Source: the human T2T-CHM13v2.0 reference genome, Homo sapiens
Strand: one strand, 5' to 3'
Assembly (NCBI RefSeq): GCF_009914755.1
Contig: NC_060927.1
Length of the DNA stretch: 64,000 bases
Positions within the stretch are counted from its first letter, which is position 1. Each line of letters begins with the position of its first letter. This document shows positions 36,454 through 51,772 of this stretch, in pieces. The notes beneath the pieces are model-generated. The model did no database searches, was not told where the DNA came from, and saw nothing but the letters and a program-made list of their open reading frames with translations. A program made the translations under genes and the position numbers.

Positions 36454-38346
36454 CTGAAAACCTAGTTCTCAAAGTAAAATTACTTTCATTATCTTAAGTT
36501 AAAACCAAATATTCTGTCCTCTGGGATTTGCAGGAAAAAGAACAGCATCAAAGAAAACAATTCACTTCAAGAGAGTTTGTTCTTCAAGACTCTGTCTGAA
36601 AGAATTATTTAAGGGAGAATTCGTTTTGGGAAACATTTTTTCAAGGTCATTCTAAGACAGCTATAAAACTGTGCTATTTAAATTACTTCAAGTTGATGCC
36701 TTTTCACAATTTTGACTGTGTTCTTGGGGTTTTAGGATTTTTTTTTCAAGAATTATTTATGTATAGTCCTTGTTTTGAATTCTAAATTTGGTTATGATCT
36801 TTTACTTTTTTAAGAGATTATGTAACTTTATGAGCTGAACATTTGAAACCTATGGAGGGAATAAAATGAAGAGATTTATTTCCTTTGAGTTCAAAAATGA
36901 AATAATAGAATAAACTAAATTTGAGATTAAAAGTATGTATTCATTTGGGGGGAAAATTGTAGCACTTCAGTACTCAAGAAACTATTTTCCAACTTAAAGT
37001 ACTCTATCTATGCTCTTTAATTTAATTTAAGAAATAATAGGATAAAATACTCATATTGCAGAAAATTTCCTCTTAAGAAGAGATAGCATTTCAAAAAATC
37101 CCTCCACAATGTTGTTATAAGAGTCACCGGGGGCAGGATTAGGACGCGGTTCATTTTTGGACTCTTGCATCTACTTCCTAAATAAACAAATCCTAACTCT
37201 CGCTCCCCAAATCAAATACAAACCCAGAGGAAGGACAGGGAGATGAACTACCAGACTGAAAAATAGAAACATTATGTCAAAGCACCCTACATCGTTATTT
37301 GCAGACAATTTATTTTGTTATTGCTTAGTATCCTTCATGCTAAATGTTCTGTCCCCTACAGCAAATGTTCCATTTCAAAAACATAGTAACATGTGCTAGA
37401 AATAGAAACCACCAAAGCAATAGTTCTAGTGGATATAGAACGTATTTTATGGTAGATTAGAAAAATATACTTTAAAACTGAAGCTCACTATCAATATAAT
37501 CTATAAAATAACCTAAGAGTATGTTAGAATTCTTTTTTAGTTGGCATAAAGTTTTAGAAATAGAGATTAAAGTGCATTTTACCCTCATCAGACTATCTCT
37601 AAAAGAGGGCGGTTAACATGCAAGAATTAAAGGCAAATTTGCAAATTTACTTTTTATTTTCATTTTAGAAACATCAAGAAATGTAAACAGAACCGTAACA
37701 CTTCTTCAATTAGATTCACAAGCATGACCTGTGGGAAGATAATTTACTAATTTAGCATGTTTTTTCTTTGACCTGTGCATTTGAGTCTTTAACAGTGTGT
37801 TCTACCTACATGGCAAGACATACCACAGCCTTATCTTTCCAGAGCCCAGTTTTGAATAGCCCTGATAAGCACCTCAAAGATGGATCCTACCTGTGCCACA
37901 AATCCCCTTCACTTCAGATGCGTTTCTATAGGGAAGTATAATCTTACCTAGCATTCTGACGAAAGCCACGGTGTTGCATCTAAAATTCACAAATGCTATA
38001 CGGTAACTTTGAGCACCTTTAAAATTTATATCAAATATTTTGGAAACTAAACATGAAAGGATTTCTGGAAATTAAGAGTTTCCATGAGGTTAAGGTCAAA
38101 AATTCCTCTCAAGAATTTTTTGTGACACAATGACATATGTTATTCATTGGAACAAAGTGATGGGTGGACAGAAAGCCCATAAGAATATAATTCAGCAACT
38201 TCTGAGACACACCAGCACCCAAATGATTTACACAATTCTATACAGTCAGGGGATCATCATATTCCTATCACTCACCGTGGTGTGATGAATCACACACCTG
38301 CAAAAAATATACTCAATTATTAAAATATAAAAATTACACAAAAATA

Positions 38347-38533
38347 GCGTGGCTTCCAAATTTGACTGCACACGAGAATCATCTGAATACCTGATAATGC
38401 AGATTCCTGAGCCCCCGACTAGAAGTGCTGACACAGTAGATCCAGGGAGAGGTATGGTAATTCACATGTTAAACAAGTGCTACAGGTGATTTTTGATCTC
38501 CCAGTCCCATGAACCAGAGCTCTGGAAACACTT
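38347..38533. mobile_element. MER5A-type MITE
   Basis: gtggcttccaaattt...gaatcatctg...aatgcagattcctgagccc...caggtgatt...ggaaacact. Confidence 0.7.
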
Positions 38534-41059
38534 GCACTGAAACATTTTTACATCAAACTGAGTCTGGAAAATAATAGTTACTCCCAATTTCTCCCTCAAC
38601 CATCACCCTTTTCAAGAAAAATTGACAATGTTCTCCCTAAGTTTCCGGTACTGAACTTATTTTTCAAAGGTCTGAGAATTCAGAAAGCATTATTCACTGC
38701 CATTTAGGGGATACCCACAGGACATGGGTCCAGGAAGAAGCTGGGGGTGAGAAGGGTTGGCGAGTAAGCTCCTCCTCCCTTGCACCTTCCTTAAGAACAG
38801 CATAGACATCGGTGGTATTTACACTGATAAGGGCATCTTTCATGAGAAAGCAAAGGGCATGCAAAGATTCCATCTCTGTGAAAGGCTTCTTCAACGGGAA
38901 GTCACCAGTTACTTATGACAATCATATCCATAGCCTATCTTCACTTAGAACCCATTGGAGGCCAACCATAAAACAAAGAGGCTGAAGATATAACAAATAC
39001 CCATAAAATAATGAGACCTGATAAATTCTAATGGACAGAGTGTCAGCATAAATGAAACAAATTCTGTATATTCTTTGCCTCTCAAGTTCCTGGCAAAAGA
39101 ACTTCATGGAATCTCCCACTTAGAGAGAAGAGGCACAAAAAGATCATGAGCAGTCACCCTGTAGGCCTGTGATCTAAACCCTGGGGCTGGACAGATAAGC
39201 TGAAATAGTTAAGAAACCCTTTCATTTTCTTCCTTTCAAAGTTTAATGTTGTTCATTCCTTCCAGCAGTAACCATCTGCATTTAAGAGGTCTGATTACAG
39301 CACATGCAGAATTTACAAAGTAAAATAATGATGCAGGCCCCAGATTCATTCCGCTAGTGGAAAGGAGTCTGTCTTCTGCAAAGTGTCAAAAATTCAGTCT
39401 CATCTGCTAGCCTGACGCTGAAGAAAACATAAACCCGGGCTTCTTTTCCCAATTAAATTCAGGGTCCCTTAAACTTTCCTAGGAGGCTAGTCTTGTTCTG
39501 AAATCGGATATTTAAAGAAGCAATCTGCTTTTGTCTATGCATTTTTGTTTCCTATTAAGATCCAGAATGTGTTTTGTTCTTTTATTGTCCAAGGCAGCTT
39601 CTCCACATGTAATTTTGGAATCTCACAGATCAATGTTTCGGGATGGCCATCAACAACTTCTATGCTTTGTTAACAAATTCCTCTGGTCCTTTAATACCAC
39701 TGGATCCTGTCCTTAATCAGAGCATATGTTTGGGGTAAGTGATGCAAATCCAGATGTATCCATAGGTGCCATACTGCAGGTCACTGCAAAATTCCCTGCA
39801 AAAGCATATTAAAATGCAAGGGGCTGCTATAAGGCATCAAGGAGTCCTTCTAGAGGAAAAAGGCCAGAGTTCATAAGCCAGATACTTTACTAATAATTAG
39901 TTAAAATGTACAATGAACCAACTGTGAAACCAAATGCAGTGCTTAAAGCACACAGGGTATTTAAACAAGCCCTGAGAACAAAATGAAGGAGGAAAATGGG
40001 GAATATTTGAAGTGATACACCCAGGGAGAGGTGCAAGGAATGACTAGTAGTTTTGTTCCAAGGTAGCTTTCATACTTTCAAGTACTTTTTTAAAAGAAAA
40101 AGATAGCTGTAACTTTGAAAAAGAAAAGCAATTTGCCTTCATGCTTACATTTCCACAGGCTCTCCCGTAGATTTCCTCCTTTCCATGGTTCAGTAATTGC
40201 TGGCAAGAGGGGCCACTTGCACCCTCAAAATAAGGGGCAAGTGGCTAATTATTTCTGTACAAGCCCATGTTCACATTCAGTCAGTTGCAGATGTAGAATT
40301 GTACCCACAAAAAAAGAAGCAGCTTCTATATTATAGGGCCCTAGATGCAGTGGAATTCCAAGAAAGCAACACAATAACCCTGCAATTCATGGGGTGGTGA
40401 ATCCCTATGTAGTACCCCAAATGGGCTGCCTGGTGATTTTCTTTAAAACAAATTAATAAGAACAATTTTTTAAAAAGATTTAAAGATATTCAGATGATAT
40501 TCAGATAAGCAAGTCAAATCTGCTCTCAATACTTATGTTGGTCTAAATATTAAACCGTAAATTACTTCAGTGTTTTGTCTAACTCTAACTCAGCCTTCTT
40601 TAAACTCAGGAACAGAGGGGGCAGGAAGAAGCTATAAGCCAAGAGCAAGATCTCCCAGTGCCAGGCACTGTTTGCTGATTGAATCTGCGTAACAAGTCTA
40701 TGATTTGGTGACAATGATCCCTATTTTACAGACAAGGGTCACATTGCTACAAGACAGCAAAGTAAGACTTGAACCCAAGTCTCTCACATTCTAAACACAG
40801 TGCTTGCTTTGTTAAAAACCATAGTCATCTGCCCACTACTTTAATTTTTTTTTAATATCTAATGTGAATTGGCCAATAGCATGCTCAAGAACAGCTCTTC
40901 TGTAAGCATTTACTTCAAACTGGTCTGACTACATACTATTAGCACCGCAGGTCCAGTCTCAGTGAGAATCAAATAGTTTCAAGACAGCATAGGAAAAATG
41001 TTTCATTAACAAGAAAATCAAAGCATCTTCCTTCTCAATATGCCTGGTTATATGTTTTT

Positions 41060-41725
41060 TGATTCATTCAGTATTGAGCTAATATTTGTTTAATTCCTCC
41101 TGTATGCCAAGTAACCTCTGCAGACCTGGTGAAGAAGCCAGACTCGGTCCCTGCCTCTGTAGAGCTTGTGTACAACGGGGGACACAGTCAATAAACAAGT
41201 CAACAAATGCACACAAAATGTAGTAACTTCAGACAGTGATAAGTACAAAGTGCTAGGTACAAAAATAAACCAGTTCAGGGAACAGTAAGTGATGGGGGTT
41301 TGCAGCTGAGTTACGTGAGATGGGTATTCACGAAGACCTCTTGGAGGAGGTGATATCTAAGGAGAGTGGTAGATGATACCAAGAACCTGCTGGGGAGAAC
41401 TACAATGCAAGGGCCCTAAGGCAAAAAGGAGTTCCAAATGGCCAAAGGGGGGCAGGCAGTACAGAGGAGGCCAGTAAGGCAGGCATAGCCCAGATGATAG
41501 AGGATGTTGGAGAATGCTAAGGACCTTTATTCTGAAAGCAGTAGGTGGCTTTAGCATTTTGAGCATAGAGATAGCATGACTCGACTTGTGTTGACAAAGA
41601 TGAGGCTGGCTGCTCGGGGTGAGCGCATGCTAAGGACACAGTGAAAGCAGAAACGGCTGATAGGAAGCCCCCACAGCCAAGCAGGCGAGATTTCTGTGAA
41701 GAGGTGCCCCATGTGATCATGACTG
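41060..41725 (-). mobile_element. L2
   Basis: attcattca...atatttg...tgtatgcca, gaggaggtgatatctaag, ggacctttattctgaa. Confidence 0.7.
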
Positions 41726-41816
41726 GACCACTTTAACAGGTGAAGGAACAAACAACTGCAGTTCACCCATGCAATGGATTATTACTCCACAATAAAAAAG
41801 AATGGTCTACTGATAC

Positions 41817-42208
41817 TGTGAAGGTTAATACTGAGTGTCAACTTGATTGGACTGAAGGATGCAAAGTATTGATCCTAGGTGTTTCTGTGAGGGTGTTGCC
41901 AAAGAAGATTAACATTTGAGTCAGTGGGCTGGGAAAGGCAGACTCAACCTTAATCTTGGTGGATACCACTAATCAGCTGCCAGTACGGCCAGGATATAAA
42001 GCAGGCAGAAAAACATGAAAAGGCTAGATTTGCTTAGCCTTTCAGCCTACATCTTTCTCCCATGCTGGATGCTTCCTGCTGTCAAACATCAGACTCCAAG
42101 TTCTTCAGCTTTGGGACTCACACTGGCTTCCTTGCTCCTCAGCTTGCAGATGGACTATTGTGGGACCTTGAGATAGTATAAGTTAATGCTACTTAATAAA
42201 CTCCCATC

Positions 42209-42254
<46 letters not shown>

Positions 42255-42290
42255 CCTATTGGTTCTGTCCTTCTAGAGAACCCTAACACA
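41817..42290 (+). mobile_element. MLT2A (HERV-L) solo LTR with internal (GT)n, inserted in an L1ME 3' fragment (41765-42605)
   Basis: tgtgaaggttaatactgagtgtcaacttgattgg...tcctattggttctgtccttctagagaaccctaacaca. Confidence 0.9.
42214..42252. repeat. (GT)n microsatellite
   Basis: About 19 units. Confidence 0.95.
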
Positions 42291-43955
42291 GATTTCCACA
42301 ACTATACAGATGAACCTCAAGTACATTATGCCAAGCAAAAGAAGCTAGACCCAGAAGGCTACATATCTATGGGTCCATTTATATGACACTGTACAAAAGG
42401 CAAAACTATTGGGACGAAGGAGCAGATCAGTGGTTGCCAGGGCACTGAGGCTGACTGCAAAGGGGCATGAGGGAATTCTAGAGGATGATGAAACTGTCAT
42501 ATATGTTGATTGCAGTGATGGTCATGGGACTGTATGGATTTTTTAAATGCATAGATTGTACACCAAAAAGGAGGAATTTAACTGTATGTAAGTAATATCT
42601 CAAGCTTTTTAAGTGACTAGTAAAACATGCTTATATTAATAGGTTTAAAGATTGTACCACTAAGACTCAAGGGAAGGACAGAGCCCATGGCCATGCAGCT
42701 ATTTCTATACAACTGTCTCAGTCTGGGACACCCTCCAGTTGGATCTGGGATCTGCAAGGGACCAGAGTAGAAACAAGCTGGTGGATTGTTGAGGCTGTTT
42801 TGTCTCAGTTTCATAAGCAAAAGGCAATGGAAAAGTGTTGGGGTCAAGTGTGAAATGCGTGCGTCTCCTACAAAACCTTCCCTTAGCCCTGCCTAATTCG
42901 CCAGCCTCCTTTCCACCCTGCCTGTTTACTCCAGTCACACTGAAGTCCTTGAACTGCTAAGCTCCACAACTCCACCCTCTCTGGCTCAGCAAACACCTTG
43001 TCTTCTTTTCTCCTTTCTCTGAAATGCTACATCCTGTCCTTGACAAGGGAAGAGTCCTCCCATATTCTCTCAACACCTGTACTGCTTCATCATACTCCCT
43101 GCAACTGCAGTCAGGTTATTAACTCTGGAATCTTAGCTTGACTTTTGTTTACTGACTAATTTTCCATTAAGCCAAAGCTCCATGGGGGCAAGGACTCCAT
43201 CTCTCTCATTCCAGACTGTATTCCCAATACCTAGCACATACATAGTAGGCCCTCAATACATACATGTGAAATGAATTTCAATAAGTTGCTCATTAGAAAT
43301 ATTAGGTAGGCAGAAGCAGCTCTGGAACAGCTCCTTGATTCTTCTAAAGTAGTAGTTATTAGGGAAAGCACATGAGAAACTCATATAAGGATTTCACAGA
43401 GGAAAGCCCATTCCCCACCCATTCCCTGATGCCTGCAGCCAGAGGTCCTGAAAAGTACTTTCTACCCAACAGAAGACACAGGCAGGTGGGACCTATTTAC
43501 AGTTCAGAATGAAGCACTTCCCTGGGCTGTAGGCTTTACCAGAACTTTGCTCTGCTTGTTGGGAAGGAATGCAATTCATGATTCATACATTCAATAAGAG
43601 ACCCAAGAATAATTTTCCAAGGCCCACTTGGAACTCAGATAAGTGCTAGAATGAAAACATTTACCAGCAGATTAAGATGGTTTTAACATTTTTCATTTCA
43701 AACCCCTATTTGCAGGGGATTACATGATAAGCCAGCTGTAAAACTTAATTCTAAACTGAAACTTGGCAAATAATGATGGACTGCCTTCACACATATTTTT
43801 TAGAAAAAAAGGGGGTGGGAGTGCAGAGAGAGAGGGAGACAACCTTTGGTCACTTGTAAGATACTGAAATGCCAAAAAAGAAGAAGTGAAAAGTCGTTTT
43901 CAGTGTTTCTTTAAATCATCCTTGCAGAGAGAAGATATCTTTGTTTTCAACATCA

Positions 43956-44217
<262 letters not shown>

Positions 44218-44266
<49 letters not shown>
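44218..44266. repeat. (CA)n microsatellite in Alu tail
   Basis: About 24 units. Confidence 0.95.
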
Positions 44267-44268
<2 letters not shown>

Positions 44269-44763
44269 TTTAACCTGGTCACATTTATTTGTCAGAGTTA
44301 GTGTCCTAAGATGTAGAAAATAGCAACTCCTGCTGTTGTTTAGACACAATAAATTGAGTATAAACTATGTTCTCTTAGGTCCTTGTGGCCCCAGAGAGAA
44401 AACCAGACTTTGAGAAATATAGGCAGTGCATGCACTGTCCACTTCGCTTTAAAAGAAACTACAAAAAACAGTCACACAATTCTAGTAATGTGCTGTTGGC
44501 CCAGACTGTAAAATCCCAGCATGTCTCCAACCAAGTTCAGAGGAAGCGCCATCAAGGATGCCCTATGGGTAGCTTAACAGTCATTGCAGACCTGTTTGCT
44601 CTGTGAAAAGCTACAAGATGCTTTCAGCCAGAAAAAGAAAAAGAACTCAAAATGATGTGGCCACATGGATTCTGTCCTGGATTCTGTTCTCAATCCACTT
44701 TAGGTTTTAGAGACATTAAATAGAGAGCCAGTATTACGGGAAAAGGCAGCAGTATGCTAATGC

Positions 44764-44938
44764 GCAGGGTCAGCAAACTCCCGCCCACAGGCCAGTTTCC
44801 GGCCCACCACCTGTTTTTGTAAACAGAATTTATTGAAACCCAGCCAATATCTATACTTGCTGTAGTACTACAAATGGCAGAACTGAATATTTGCAATGGA
44901 GGCCATCTGGCCCTTTAAGAAAACATCTGATGACCCTC
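44764..44938. mobile_element. MER58A-type hAT MITE
   Basis: cagggtcagcaaact...ggcccaccacctgtttttgtaaa...tgatgaccc terminal repeats. Confidence 0.75.
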
Positions 44939-47900
44939 AGACCAGTGAATATGAGGAGATATTTAAATTCTGTGTGTGTTGGGCAGGTTAGCTAATGTCT
45001 TTGAGCCTCATTTTATCCACAGTAAAATGGGATAATAGTAACACCTATCCCAGAAGGTAGTTATCGCAGCTACAAGAGTTAATGCAAATGTAGAAAGCAA
45101 GGGGGAAATGGAATTTTAAGAGCTGGGACCCGAGTTGCATTTTGAGAGAAGTGTTGCTGTTGCTTAGGGAAGTATGAACCACTATTAGTAGTACTAATCT
45201 TTCCCACATAATCATAGGACTGTCAGCCCTACCCTATCTGAAAATAGTGGAGTTGAAGTGTCTTCATGCTCCTCTGCCTCCTGACAGACCACACCTCCAG
45301 CCTCTCATCTTTCCCACACTCTTCAGGTGGGGTAGGACTGACAGTGTGAAGAAAGGTAGTCAGGTGGGCCAAGGAAAAAAGTAGGTAAGGGAAGAAGCTG
45401 AACACATGGCAAGCTGCTGAAACAAGCAGGCAAAGTGACTGATGAAAAACTCCACATGGCGAGGCAGCACCAGCTTTGTGCAGAATCAAGGAAGCCTGAT
45501 GCTCCACTTTCTCAAGTCCTCCTTGTTATGATTATAAGCCCTGCTCTCCCAACCTAAGGTTTCAGGAAAGACTGCTCAGCCCACATGCCTTGTGTGAGTG
45601 GTAAGAGGAGAAGTTAAAGGGAAGAGGCTGTGTGCCACGAGTGGGTAAACTGAACAACCAGACCCACAGGGAAAAGAGGTGTAAGTGAGCAGTATAACGG
45701 GGATGGAAATTCACACCTGGAGGGCATTCTGGAAAGAGGAGACTGTGAGGGATGGGGAGAAGTGGGGAGGAATGGGCTTCTTTCTGGATGTGGGGTAGAA
45801 CATGTAAGCTGTATTTACATCTCAAAGGACAGGATGACCTCAGGTGGCACCCGAGTTACACACATCAAGAACTTAGCTCAACAACTGACATATAAAACAT
45901 TTTCCTGATCTTTTACATGTCCTTGCCATTACAATTATTGTTGGAATCATTATTTACTGGAAGCCAGAAAACTTGATTCCCATTGCTTTTCTATCTCAGG
46001 ATCTCAATCAAGCCGTTTAGCCACTTTAGAACCTCAGCTTCCTTATCTACAAAAATGGGCATAATAGCTGCCCCGATGACTCCACTGGATTTACGGAAGG
46101 GATCAAATGGAAAAACGTGTACTATGAAAATTATAAGTCCCCTTCGCAATGTAAGGTGGCATCATTAAGAAGAAGTTGACTTTTTTTTTTTAAGTAAAAC
46201 CTTAACCAGCCTAACCCTTAAAACCAAAACTTCAAAGCTCTTGAAGCAGTTTACATTTCTCCCCTCTTAATTCCAGGCAATAAAACTGTAACCTCCTCAA
46301 AGTTACAGGAGATACAAAGACGCAGACAGACCAGCTGCAGCTCATGGTCCACCCCCACCCCGAATAGGCTGAGATCATTTATTCAAAAGCACACCTTTGA
46401 ATCATCTGTAAACACTTCCTTCAAGTTCCCAGTAAGTTAAACTTTGCTAACAGCTGGCAATTATATGGCAATTATTACACCCATTTTGTTCTTAGGCTTA
46501 AAGTTATACTCTCTGGAAAAACAGAGAATGATATAAAGTTGGTCTTTTACTAAAATTGTGTACAGTACCTGCCTCCCGACCCATTGCTTTTTAGGAAATG
46601 TCAGGCAGTGCTTAAAGAGAAATAGCAGGACTGTGCCCACACATGGGCCAGAGTGATGAATCTGCTTTGAATTGGAATAAGGAAAAACAAACATCGTTGA
46701 ACGGGGGAGATTTAGTTCAAGGGTTTCAAAGTAAAAATTCCAGAGATAGCTCCATTTCAAACCACTGCACCCAATTTTGAGATAACATATGAATGAAGTC
46801 TAGATGTGGAACATGATGGGAATACAGCTATATTACTGAATAAATGCCTTTCATATATATGATAGCATATTTAAATATGATTGGCTATATAACGTATCAA
46901 ATGTCTATTACGTCCTATCATCTCTGTTGGGTACCTTGTCCCCCCTGCTGGATACTTTTAACATCCATTGTATCATTTCATTCTCCTAATAATCCTATGG
47001 AAAAGATACTGTGTTCTTATTTTATCGATGAGCAAACTGCGGCTTCAAGGGATACAACAACTTGACTCAGTCCATACAACTAGTAAGTCCCTAGTTCAAT
47101 ATACTGTCTGTGGATAAAATATGGGTCATCTCTTTTAGAAAGGCATTTACAATCAAGTTGCTTTGCCAACACTCAAGCAAGCAAGTTGGAGAAAACTGTT
47201 GCAGTAACAATCAAAAGCCTGTTTTCAAGATGCTTCCATTTTTATTAAGTCATTCAAAAATTGCCCTCATGCTCTGTATATGTAGTCTTATATCAAAAAG
47301 CGATTAAGATCTGACATGGGCCAAATGTCGGTCTCCAGAGGCTCACAGCCCTCATGGCAGTGCGATGTAATTCAATATTGCAACACTGAGGCTCGGAAAG
47401 ACAATGCGCGTGTTAGGTTGCAGCATTCATTACCTCAGGCGAGACACAGGCCCTCTGTGTATACACTATCAAAGCCCCACTAAACTTAAACTGAAATGCC
47501 AAACACGGCGACCTGGGCCCCGTTAATCAACATCTGCTCAACAGTTTGCCTCTTTCCACCAGCTAGCAAAGAGAATGCCATACAGCTTTTGTGCTGTAAA
47601 ACCTGGGTAGGCTGAAAGAACAACCTGAGCTGGTGCCTTCTAGCTGGGATGGCAGTATTCCCTGATGGGGAGGGCAGACTTAGGGGAGAAAAGACAGTCA
47701 TAGTTGCCTTTGAGTTTCAGAGATTTTCACTCCCAGCAGAATAGCAAATGAAGCAAGTCATTTTCCTCCCTTCCAAGGAGTGATATCACTTTTTTTTCAG
47801 ACAATAAAATACATGGAAAGTGAAATGGTTTGATTATCTTTAGCACCAGTAAATTTTATTGTAATCCATGGCCAAATATATTTATGTCTGGTTCTGATAT

Positions 47901-48267
47901 ACAACCTTAGCTCCTATTGTTCAGAGGAAATTTTACTTAAAAGACGTTAGTCATTAAGTCTGCCCTGAAGAGCTCAAGCAGAGCTTTTCCTACTAGAATG
48001 TCCCGTATAACAGGCGAGACAGACAAACTGCAGAGGTAATGGAGGCTGGCTTCCAAATCTGCCACTCTCCGGGGGCCTATCAGCCCCATCATTAGTACAA
48101 CACAGCTGCAGAGAGACTCTTCTTATTTTCAGTGAATTCATTCCATCCCAACTTCTTGGCCAATCCCACTCTCAGTCTCCCCTCTCTCTATCTGCACTTG
48201 CATGCCCTCATGCTGAGAATTGCCACATTGTGGTTGGTTCTGTCTGCCCACATTTCAACAACAAATA

Positions 48268-48470
48268 ACAGCCTGGGTGGCTCCAGGTTTCATGGGGCCT
48301 GAATTTGATAGGAGTGTGGAAGGGGGGTTTCTTTAAAGAAAAATCTTACTTTTGCAAAATTTACAAAAACATAAACATGAGAATACACTGCCAGAGTTTT
48401 GGAAGAGACTTGTGCAAAGGAGGGGGCATGAACTTAAGCACCATTAGCTTTCCAGCAAATTCATCTCTGG
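48268..48470. mobile_element. hAT MITE (MER117-like)
   Basis: ccaggtttcatggggcctgaa...aacttaagcaccattagctt...aaattcatctctg. Confidence 0.5.
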
Positions 48471-49529
48471 TATGTAATAATGTTTACTGAGTGATGTCCA
48501 CATAACCCTCAGTCCATCCTGTCTCACCAGACCAAGAGCTTAACCTTTGCCATGTGACAATTCTTCCTTCATCTGGAGACAAATGCTTTTGAACACCTGT
48601 CCCTAGAGGACATAAGGTTTGGTCTGCTCAATTGCTAAGAGATAATTTATGAAAGTCCCCATAAAGAGAGGGAAAGAAGACATGAAATGTCATTTGGTCT
48701 TTATAGTTTCCTCAATGTCATAAGGGTGTTGCATGCTTGCTATAACTTTGTTTCTCTTGAGAAACAGGAGAAACCTACTTCTCAGTGCCCCAGATAAGAA
48801 AGGAAAAGTTACAACTCAGTGGCCTCTCCACCAACCACCTCAGAAAAGAAAGACACAAATGAACAACACTGACCAGGTCATGTCCTTGAAGCTGATCTGG
48901 ACAAAATCTGTTTCCCAAATATGTATGTATTATGTATCATACATTATTATGTATGGGCCTTGTGAGAGAGTTGGGGCCTCCTAGCACTACTTGGACATAG
49001 GTGTCAATCTTTAAGACCTGAGAGATCTGTGCTGGTAATAGCTGGACGTTACTTAATACCCTCTGAGTTGAGAATAGACGAGATGATGTGACAAGTGCTC
49101 TCTGACCGGTTTTGGTCTCTTAGAGCTCTCAATCCTGCACTTAACTGCTTTATTGAAAAGCCAATCAATATATTAAGAGACTGGAATGAATGAAGACACC
49201 TTCCCTGGTCAATAGGCATACTCTTTTTTAAAAAAGGATTCATTAGGCGCCAGTTATTGTACTGAGCTCTTTTCACTCATTCTCCATGAATCCTCATGGC
49301 TTCTCTACGAGGTAGGTACCATGATCATGTTCATTACAGATATGGGGGCAACTAAGGTTGAGAAGGGTAAGGAACTTGTCTAACCTACATAGTTAAAAAA
49401 GAGATAAGCCAAAATTTAACCTCAGGTCTTTTCTTCCTCCCATTTCCCCAATAAGATCCTTTTATTTCTTACCTTCTCCTCCTTCCCCCACAAACACACC
49501 ATTAAACAATGGCTCTAAATCTTAACACT

Positions 49530-49722
49530 TATTTTTTATATTTTATTTCTAATTACAGTAAAATATACAAGCAAGATTTACCATCTCAACCATTTTTAAG
49601 TGTCCACTTCAGGGGCATTAAGTACATTCATATTGTTTGCTGTGCAGTCATCACTGCCATCCATCCACAGAATGATTTTCATCTTACAAAACTAAAATTT
49701 TGTACCTATTAAATAATAACTC
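49530..49722 (-). mobile_element. L1M (L1MB-type) 3' end fragment
   Basis: atttaccatctcaaccatttttaagtgt...cattaagtacattca...ctattaaataataactc. Confidence 0.75.
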
Positions 49723-50854
49723 CTTATCTTAACATTTCTTGTTTAATTTTTCTTTCTTTCTTGTAATGTGTCAGCATCAGGCCCCACATTGCTTACTCAT
49801 TTCTTGGTTTTGCTTTGGGCCTATAAAATCTTCAGAACAGTTGTATTCTTCTTAATTAGAAAGCCTCCATCAAGACCCCAGCTGACTGGGTTGTGTTCTG
49901 GCATAGCTGCATGGTTCTTTCGCCTAAGATGTACCTAAAATGCAGTACCAAAGCAACTTCCCAGAACCTTGTTTTCATCTGTTAAACTGGAATCCAAACA
50001 GTACCTACCTCACTGACATGTGGGTGTTGTGAAGATTAAGATAATCATTCATTGTATTTCACATGTATTGATTAAGCTCCTGTTACATGGTGGATGCCGA
50101 TCTAGGCACTTGGGATACGTCAGTACACAAAACAGACAATGATTCTGTCCTTATAAAACTTAGATTCCAACAGAGGGAGGCAGATGAAAAATAAATATAA
50201 TTAATGAGTAAATGATAGATTGTATTAAAAGGTGAAATACTATGGTTAAAAAAAAAGAACAAGTAGACAAAGGTAAGAAATATAATGATCTACCTCTTTA
50301 GTTTGGTATAAATATTCAAATATGAGAATTTTAAATAACATTACATAATGTTCCACATTAAATTCTTCTCCAATTAATTGATTATTATTTGTCAGGTATC
50401 CTTACAGTGATATAATCAATGTGATTTTCAGAGAAGCACTTGTAAAACAAATCTTCAATTCATATTACAAATTTCTGTAGCAAGATACCTGCACTTGATA
50501 AACAGCTGTGCTCTGGTTATAATTCCTGATATCCAAACATACTCACAAGTTGTGACTACCAGAAAACCCCTCCTGAACCCATGCCTCCCCTTAACTTTTA
50601 GGGAGACATACCCTGACAAGGTAGATGTACAGACCTGCAAGTGGTCTCTGTAACTGTTACGACCCTTGGACTTAATCCAACGGCTGGCTCTTGGGAAAGT
50701 TGAGAGGTTGGAAAAGCCTTACCTTCAGGTTCACAACCTTCTGATTGCTCACCACACCACACTCCAGGTGCCTGGTATTAGTGTCATCCCCACCAACTCT
50801 GCCACCACCCCAATCACTTCTGAAAAGACGAAGTCTCTCAGTCCTCTGGTGACA

Positions 50855-51310
50855 TGTGACTGTTAATTTTATGTGTCAATTTGGCTGGACCACGACACCA
50901 AGATATTTGGTCAAGCATTATTGTGGATGTTTCTATGAGAGTGTTTTTGGATGACACATTAAGTCAGTGGACTTTAAGTAAGCAGATTACCCTCCATAAT
51001 GTGGGAGAGCCTCATCCAATCAAAACAAATGGCTGACCTCCCATAGGCAAGATGGAATTCCTCAGCAGACTGCCTTCAGGCTTCATCTGCAACATCAGCT
51101 CTTCCCGGTTCACTAGCAGACAGCCTTGGACTCAAACTGCAACTCTTTCCTGGGTCTCCAGCCTGCCAGCCTCTCCCATTAGATTCTGGATTCACAAAGT
51201 CCCCATAATCACATGAGCCAATTTCTTAAAACAAATCTTTTTCTTTCTTTCTTTATTTATTTACACACATCCTATTGGTTCTGTCTCTCTGGAGAACCCT
51301 GTCTAATGCA
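50855..51310 (+). mobile_element. MLT2 (B/C/D-type) LTR
   Basis: gttaattttatgtgtcaatttggctgg...agcagattaccctccataatgtggg...ggagaaccctgtctaatgca. Confidence 0.85.
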
Positions 51311-51457
51311 TTTGGTCTTTCCTTCTCTACCACAGAAACTTTGGTCCAGGGCCCTTACCCACTCTCCCTGGCTAAGGGTCAATGAGGGGATCATAGAAAG
51401 CCAGAAAATTATAAGGCTTCATGTGCTCTTGTAATGTCTTTCTCCATGAGCACATAA

Positions 51458-51772
<315 letters not shown>

